Source of the DNA: Eledone cirrhosa
Taxonomy: Eukaryota
Assembly (NCBI GenBank): GCA_964016885.1
Contig: OZ024742.1
Span: 189,906,001 to 189,970,000, forward strand
DNA: 64,000 nucleotides
Direction: 5' to 3'
The notes under the pieces were generated by a model, which worked only from the letters and a program-made list of their open reading frames with translations, ran no database searches and was not told the origin of the DNA. The translations under genes and the position numbers were made by a program. Shown here one piece after another: positions 55,947 through 64,000 of this stretch (its first letter is position 1; each line of letters begins with the position of its first letter).

Positions 55947-55949
<3 letters not shown>
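55479..55949. mobile_element. Triple-hammerhead mini-element in (TA)n
   Basis: Inverted copy 55479-55588, direct copies from 55589 and 55743 (156-bp period), unique tail to 55949. Confidence 0.85.
55597..55667 (+). ncRNA. Type I hammerhead, intact (identical copies at 55753-55823 + and 55510-55580 -)
   Basis: tattttat-CTGACGA-long stem II-GAAA-tgcgca-TA-ataaaata; perfect 8-bp stem I; AUA cleavage after 55659. Confidence 0.85.
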
Positions 55950-56012
<63 letters not shown>

Positions 56013-56046
56013 CATATATACATATATATGTATATATATATATATA

Positions 56047-56082
<36 letters not shown>

Positions 56083-56101
56083 TACATATACATATATATA
56101 C

Positions 56102-56132
<31 letters not shown>

Positions 56133-56153
56133 CATACATATACATATATATAC

Positions 56154-56194
<41 letters not shown>

Positions 56195-56261
56195 CTTATA
56201 TATATACATATACATATATATACATATATACATATACATATATATATATACATATATATAC

Positions 56262-56292
<31 letters not shown>

Positions 56293-56321
56293 CATATATA
56301 TACATATATATATACATATAC

Positions 56322-56434
<113 letters not shown>

Positions 56435-56553
56435 CATATATATACATATAGATACATATATATATATACATATATATACATATATATATATACATATATA
56501 TACATATATATATATATACATATATATACATATATATATATACATATATATAC

Positions 56554-56588
<35 letters not shown>

Positions 56589-56589
56589 C

Positions 56590-56739
<150 letters not shown>

Positions 56740-56762
56740 GTATATACATATATATACATATA

Positions 56763-58800
56763 TTTCGTTTCTGAATTTGTTTAGCAAGATTCTTTATCTG
56801 AAAAAGTGTATTCAAACCGATATTTCTATGCTTTGGGGGGGGGGGTCATGTTGCCAATAAGAAACACACCCACCAGTTGCTTTCACTTCAATTTATTATA
56901 AATGAAATTTATAAATTTAGGAATTTATAAATTTCCGGTTTGTTGGTTGGTTCCACAAACAGATAATTGTTTATATATTGTCAAAGTTCTTTCGTCACAC
57001 ATTCTGTGACCTCTTTAGTGACTGGGGATTCTTTTCTTTGTTTTTGTGCCTCTCCTTTGTTCTGTCCTACGCCATCTTGTTTTTGTGTGTGTTGTGTGCT
57101 TAGTTTGCGCATGTGTTACATCCGGGTGTCTGTGTGTGTTTATATTTGTATAATTATTTGTTTATTTACATGTTACTAGTTGGTTGTTTGTTCTATGTGC
57201 GTGTGTGTTTTCATTTTCTCCTTAATTGTAAGTTGAGATGTTGTTCCATTCATGTTTTCTATTTAATTTTGGTTGGAGTTCATTAATGTTTATTGCCTCT
57301 GTGATTTGTCTAAACATTGCGTCTTTTCTGTGTGTAGATTCTATTTTTATTTCTATGTTCTCTAATTTACCCTTATGTTCTATTTTAGCATGTTGGTAGA
57401 GTACAGATGATTCTTTAATATCTTGAAGGTCTCGCCAGTGTTCATTTATCCGTTCCCCTATACTACGAGCTGTCTGACCTATGTACACTATATTCTTATC
57501 TCTACATTGTCCTTCGGTACATCTTATGCTATATACTACATTTCTAGTTTTACAGTTAATATGGGGGCTTATTTTACAGATTATACATTTCTTATCTATA
57601 CAGGGAGGTATTTGAAAAGGGGATGTATTGTTAATAAGTGTTTTTTATGGAGGTACCTGGTCTTTCTACTATCTTAATATTGAGATTATGTTTACCTAGG
57701 GCCCTTCTAAATTTGTAACCTAATTCACCTTTAGGGGTTGTATCGATGAACATTACACTCTGGTATGTATTGCTATCATACCATGAGTTTATTCTATTAA
57801 CCTTATTCCTAGTTCTTTCTATTCTATTCCAAAATATGCTCCTATACAAGGGGCAGGTCCCATTTGTGTCATTATTTACCATTTCTACCCATTTGTAAGC
57901 TAATTTAGAAGGGCCCTAAATAAACATAAACTCAATATTAAGATAGTAGAAAGACCAGGTACCTCCGTAAAAACACTTATTAGCAAGACATACCCTTTTC
58001 AAAGACTCTCATGTATAGATAAGAAATGTATAACCTGTAAAATAAGCCCCCATATTAACTGTAAAACTAGAAATGTAGTGTATAGCATAAAATGTACTGA
58101 AGGACAATGTAGAGACAAAAATATAGTGTACATAGGTGAGACAGCTCGTAGTGTAGGGGAACGGATAAATGAACACGGGCGAGACCTTCAAGATAGTAAA
58201 GAATCATCTGTACTCTACCAACATGCTTAAATAGAACACAAGGGTAAATTAGAGAACATAGAAATAAAAATAGAATCTACACACAGAAAAGACGCAATGT
58301 TTAGACAAATTACAGAGGCAATAAACATAAAAGAATTACAACCAAAATTAAATAGAAAATATGAGTGGAACAGCAACATCACAACTTACAATTAAGGACA
58401 AAATGAAAACACACACACACATAGAACAAACAACCAACCAGTAACATGTAAATAAACAAATAAATAAATGAACATAAACACACACAGACACCCGGATGTG
58501 GCGCATGCGCAGACTGAGCACACAACACTCACACAGAAACAAAATGGCGTAGGACAGAACAAAGGAGAGGCACAGAAACAAAGAAAGGAATCCCCAGTCA
58601 CTGAAGAGGTCACAGAGTGTGTGACGAAAGAACTATGACTATATATAAACAACTATCTGGTTGTGGAACCAACCAACCAACCAACCAGAAATTTATAAAT
58701 TTATAAATTTATTATAAATTTATTATAATAAATTGAAGTGAAAGCAACTGGTGCGTGTGTTTCTTATTGGCAACATGACCCTCCCAAAGTATAACAATAT
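56763..58800. mobile_element. PLE lineage B inverted partial dimer (same subfamily as 9049-11814)
   Basis: Minus arm 56820-57895, plus arm 57895-58800; GIY-YIG ORF pieces (YIGQT, RQITEA); tail 56763-56820. Confidence 0.92.
58596..58640 (+). ncRNA. Minimal type I hammerhead, intact core
   Basis: agtca-CTGAAGA-g-gtcaca/tgtgac-GAAA-gaac-TA-tgact; mirror copy 56980-57023(-) has CTAAAGA. Confidence 0.72.
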
Positions 58801-59070
58801 ATATTATAGATATATATTATATATATTATATATATATTATATATATATTACATATATATATATTATATATATATATTATATATATATATACTATATATAT
58901 GTATATATATTATATCTATATATTATATATATATTATATATATATATATTATATATATATATATATATTATATTATATTATATAATATATATAATATATA
59001 TATATATAATATATATATATATAATATATATACATATATATAATATATATATATATAATATATATATATA

Positions 59071-61200
59071 TTCCGACCTTACGGATGCTGAAATTAAAAT
59101 TATTATGGAAGCGAGGAAAACTATTGTTAAATTTGATGATAGCTACTGGGTTCGCAAAGATAGACCTTCTTATTTTGATGTTACTATGGGTTCCAATGAT
59201 TCGGCGGAAGTAACAGATCTTGTGGGAATTTATATCACCCACAGACTACAAGGAAAATTCAAGGATCTCCACGGTGGAATCTACCGTGACGATGCGCTCC
59301 TATTAGTTAAGCATATGAATAACGAGAATTTAGAATGTATGCGTAAAAAAATCAGAAAGCTTTTTAAGGAACCAGGATTAAATATTACATTTGAATATAA
59401 CCTCAAAGAGGTCAATTTCCTTGATGTTACTTTGAATCTCAATACAGAAACGATTAAACCGTTCCATAAACTAAATGAGAACCTTAAATATGTAAATACG
59501 AGTTCTAACCATCCACTCTCTATAATTAAATCCATCCCTAGAAATGTTTCTCATAGAATCTCCCGCCTGTCGTCCAACCAACAAACCTTCAAAGACATGC
59601 CGAATATTATGATGATGCACTTAGGAAGGCCGGACACCTAGATAATATAGAGTATATAGTCGAAGATCACCAAAACACCCAAAATAAATCCCATAGGGGT
59701 AGAAATAGCACAGAATCACCACCATACATACACTACCGCAATAGACACAATAATAGTCGCACACCACCAAACAGAAGGCGATGTAAAGAGTATATATGGT
59801 ACAACCCGGTCTATAACAACTCTATTAAAACCAATCTACCCTCACAATTCTTTCGATTAGTTAAAAAACACTTTCAAACATCACATAAATATAATAAAAT
59901 CTTAAACCCTAACACTATTCGACTTTCATATTCAACCGCCCCTAATATTGAACAACATATAAAAAAGCTAACGCAAAACGGTTGTATAAACGCCTTCCAA
60001 CACATTACAATACACGTAAAACATTAGCTATAACATCACAAAACAACAAACAACATCCCGTCCTACCTAAGCAACCTCATCAACCCATCCATGCCAATAC
60101 AACAACGCAAAATTATAACTGTAACTGTGTCCAACCAGGAATGTGTCCGTTGAACAATCAGTGTCTTGAACGCAACATAATATACAAATGTACTATCGAA
60201 TCGGATAGACAGAAGTGGTACTATGTGGGATCTACAGCCACCTCCTTCAAATCACGCCTTTATAGACATCGTTACTCGATAAAACATGAAAACCAGCGTT
60301 ATGTAACAACACTCGCAGACAAGGCTTGGCAGCTGCGTGAAAATAACCAACAATTTAACCTAAAATGGGATATTATAGCGGCTGCCCCTCCATGTTTCCC
60401 ACGGACAGGAATTTTGTAAATTATGTAATATGGAATTATTTTGTATTATGAAATCCAAAAACATTTTATTAAATAACAGAATAGAGCGATCGTTATACTG
60501 TAACCATCGCTTAAAATCTACATTTTCATATTACAAATACTACCAGGATTGAACGCCTGTCTCCATCTCCGTTTGATTGTCAAAATACATATTAACATTC
60601 TCTATTAGTCTTAATTCTATCAACTCTTCTATTATTTACCATTTAATATAAACTGCTATAGATAAAATGAGATTTCTTAATTCAATTCCCTAATGCATAT
60701 ACCAGCTGGCTACTAGCATTGATGTTATTCAATAGCAGTCGAAATCTCCCGCTTCCTTAATTGACACTTTATAATTAATACTACTACACCAAATGTCCAG
60801 CCCTGTCCATTGTTCAATTGGTCAAGTATAGATTAAAATAGGCACTCCCAAAAATTCTTATTTAGATAAAATAAACCATTTACTCATTGTATTCTCATTA
60901 GACACCCTTTATATACTTGTTTAGCAGTAAATTGAATTACCATCTGTCATATACTATCCCCTCTCTTCTTCCTCTATTACAACTTATATAAATATTTCAA
61001 TTTTTCTGATTTTTTCCAATTTATCCAAAATCTCTGAAGAAGTGACAACTGATTATACATTTGCTATCGAATACTTGCTAACATTATATGATTACGCAAG
61101 CAGCAATACATAGGTATTCCGTCTGTTACAGAAACATATGTCAATACCTAATAAATTCCTTTATTTTTAAAAAAGCACTTTCATTTTATATTCATCTTTT
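59071..61200 (+). mobile_element. PLE lineage A copy, 5'-truncated, frameshifted
   Basis: VTMGS, GIYRDD, VNFLDV, IWYNP, CNCVQPGMCPLNNQC, IIYKC, YYVGST, final stop near 60552; (TA)n on both sides. Confidence 0.92.
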
Positions 61201-61216
61201 CTATATATATATATAT

Positions 61217-61251
<35 letters not shown>

Positions 61252-61493
61252 ATATATATATTATATATATATTATATATATATTATATATATATTATATA
61301 TATATATATTATATATATATTATATATATATTATATATATATATATTATATATATATATATTGTATATATATTATATATATATATTGTATATATATTATG
61401 TATATATAAATATATATATATATATTATATATATAATATATATATTATATATATATAATATATATATTATATATATATATATATATTATATAT

Positions 61494-61833
61494 ATGGCTC
61501 TGAACATTAATCAGTATACACTGAGGATGAAAAACTCAGAGCTGTATGGGAGCATCCCAAAAGTCAGCTCAAAAGTGACACAGAGGAGACTGAGGTTGGC
61601 TGGACATGCTCACCGACATCCAGAGTTGACATTGCACTCAGTGCTCCTTTGGGAGCCCCTACATGGACACACTAGAAGAGGAAGACCAAGGTTAACATAT
61701 GTTGATGCCCTAAGGACAGACACTGGTCTGTTGGAGATGCAGGATATGGCAGCGATAATGAGGGACAGAGACCGCTGGAGAGAACTCGTCCATGGATCTC
61801 GGGAATTTTACCCGCCTTAGATAGATAGATAGA
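61494..61833 (+). pseudogene. RTE-group LINE 3' end with (GATA)n tail
   Basis: RRLRLAGH..RH, LLWEP, RRGRPRLTYVD, DRDRWR; stop followed directly by (ATAG)n. Confidence 0.8.
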
Positions 61834-61842
61834 TATATTATA

Positions 61843-61925
<83 letters not shown>

Positions 61926-62033
61926 ATATATTATATATATATATTATAGATAAATATTTTATATATATATATATATTATATATATATATATATTATATAT
62001 ATATTATATATATATTATATATCTATATATATA

Positions 62034-62105
<72 letters not shown>

Positions 62106-62394
62106 ATATATATATATATATTATATATATTATAGATATATATTATATATATTATATATATTATAGATATATATTATATATATTATATATATTATAGATA
62201 TATATTATATATATATATATATTATAGATATATATTATATATATATATATATTATATATATATATATATTATATATATATATATATATTATATATATATA
62301 TATTATATATATATATATATTATATATATATATTATATATATATATATAATATATATATTATATATAATATATATAATATATATGTATATATAT

Positions 62395-63212
62395 TTTTTC
62401 ATTCATATATATTTTTATTTGTCTGACCCAAATTCTCTTGGTCGCGGTTTTCGGCTGTGCGAGTGATTATTTAAGCATTGTCTCAGTGTGTTGGTATTTA
62501 AACGTTAGTTATAGCTCTGGTTTATCCAAACTATTGGGCACTTTGCGACACATTTCGAAGATTGTGTTTCGTTATTTCGTTGGCCGATGTTCCGATTCTC
62601 GATAATTTATATGTATTTATCTCCAGTCTTTAGCTATTGATCAGTTAATTTTATTGATTTTTTAGTTGATCCTATTGACTGATGAATAGCTCATGTTAAT
62701 TTTAACCCGTCTGTTGAGAACTCTAATTCGATATGTGATATTTTGTATTTTTACAATAATATACACTACTGAATTCATTCGCCTAATATAGGGTTCCCTC
62801 CCTTGCTACACCCCACGTGGATTTAGTAACGGGTTCCCTTGTATTATTGAACTAAACGCCTGTTGAAGAAGTGGTTTCCTCATTCATCATCTTACCAGAA
62901 GCCATATATTTTTTATGTAAGCTGACGGTAACTGATTTAGGAGCCGCAGAAACTCACATGCTGGAATTTACCATCTTTCCAGGGGTCCGGGTAAATTTTT
63001 CATTCATATATATTTTTATTTGTCTGACCCGAATTCTCTTGGTCGCGTTTTTCGGCTGTGCGAATGATTGTTTAAGCAATGTCTCAGTGTGTTGGTATTT
63101 AAACGTTAGTTATAGCTCTGGTTTATCCAAACTATTGGGCACTTTGCCACACATTTCGAAGATTGTGTTTCATTATTTCGTGGGCCGAGGTTCCGATTCT
63201 CGATAATTTATA
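62395..63212. mobile_element. ORF-less direct-repeat element in (TA)n
   Basis: ~215-bp direct repeats 62395-62612 and 62996-63212. Confidence 0.75.
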
Positions 63213-63221
63213 TATATATTA

Positions 63222-63313
<92 letters not shown>

Positions 63314-63354
63314 ATATATATATTATATATATTATATATATATATTATATATAT

Positions 63355-63388
<34 letters not shown>

Positions 63389-63435
63389 ATATATATTATA
63401 TATATTATATATATATATATATATATTATATATAT

Positions 63436-63467
<32 letters not shown>

Positions 63468-63525
63468 ATATATATTATATATATATATATATATTATATA
63501 TATATATATATATTATATATATATA

Positions 63526-63594
<69 letters not shown>

Positions 63595-63599
63595 ATATT

Positions 63600-63631
<32 letters not shown>

Positions 63632-63650
63632 CATATATATTATATATATA

Positions 63651-63845
63651 TAACGAAGGAAATGTGGTAAGGAACCAGGTGGACCATAACGCACCAAAGT
63701 ACTCAATACTTAGGGTAGTAGAGTGGGTAATAGGAACAAGTAAGACCCCGACGGCTGAGCTCAAGCCGTTTCGACGGCTAATTCTGTTCGCATTAGCCGT
63801 GGAAACGGCTTGAGCTCAGCCGTCGGGGTCTTACTTGTTCCTATT
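63651..63845. mobile_element. Second copy of the half-hammerhead hairpin element
   Basis: Near-identical to 35831-36038 but with a different hairpin centre. Confidence 0.8.
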
Positions 63846-63867
63846 ATATATATATATATATATATAT

Positions 63868-63914
<47 letters not shown>

Positions 63915-63919
63915 TATTA

Positions 63920-63992
<73 letters not shown>

Positions 63993-64000
63993 TATTGTAT

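Noticed and set aside
59071-60552. Selenocysteine recoding as in Naiad PLEs
   Set aside because: EN is C-terminal, conserved Cys codons are ordinary TGY, and the interruptions I traced are frameshifts or non-TGA stops

Overview
AT-rich, repeat-saturated eukaryotic DNA; the repeat families and (TA)n/(GAT)n load resemble an octopod cephalopod genome (inference). I found no host gene exon. Most long ORFs are translations of microsatellites. The real coding remnants are all transposons: two lineages of Penelope-like elements (PLEs; RT plus C-terminal GIY-YIG), RTE and CRE-like LINE fragments, a Ty3/Gypsy relic and two Tc1/mariner relics, plus tRNA-derived SINEs and TTAA MITEs. The most striking signal is non-coding: about 20 intact or decayed type I hammerhead ribozyme (HHR) motifs from several unrelated sequence families. 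They sit in PLE pseudo-LTRs and in short ORF-less palindromic or direct-repeat mini-elements, almost all inserted in (TA)n tracts and densest in 44-64 kb. Highlights are a triple-HHR element predicted to release a 156-nt unit RNA, an element with HHRs of both polarities, and two hairpins broken inside HHR stem II. All pairings and coordinates were read by eye; no folding or database search was run.
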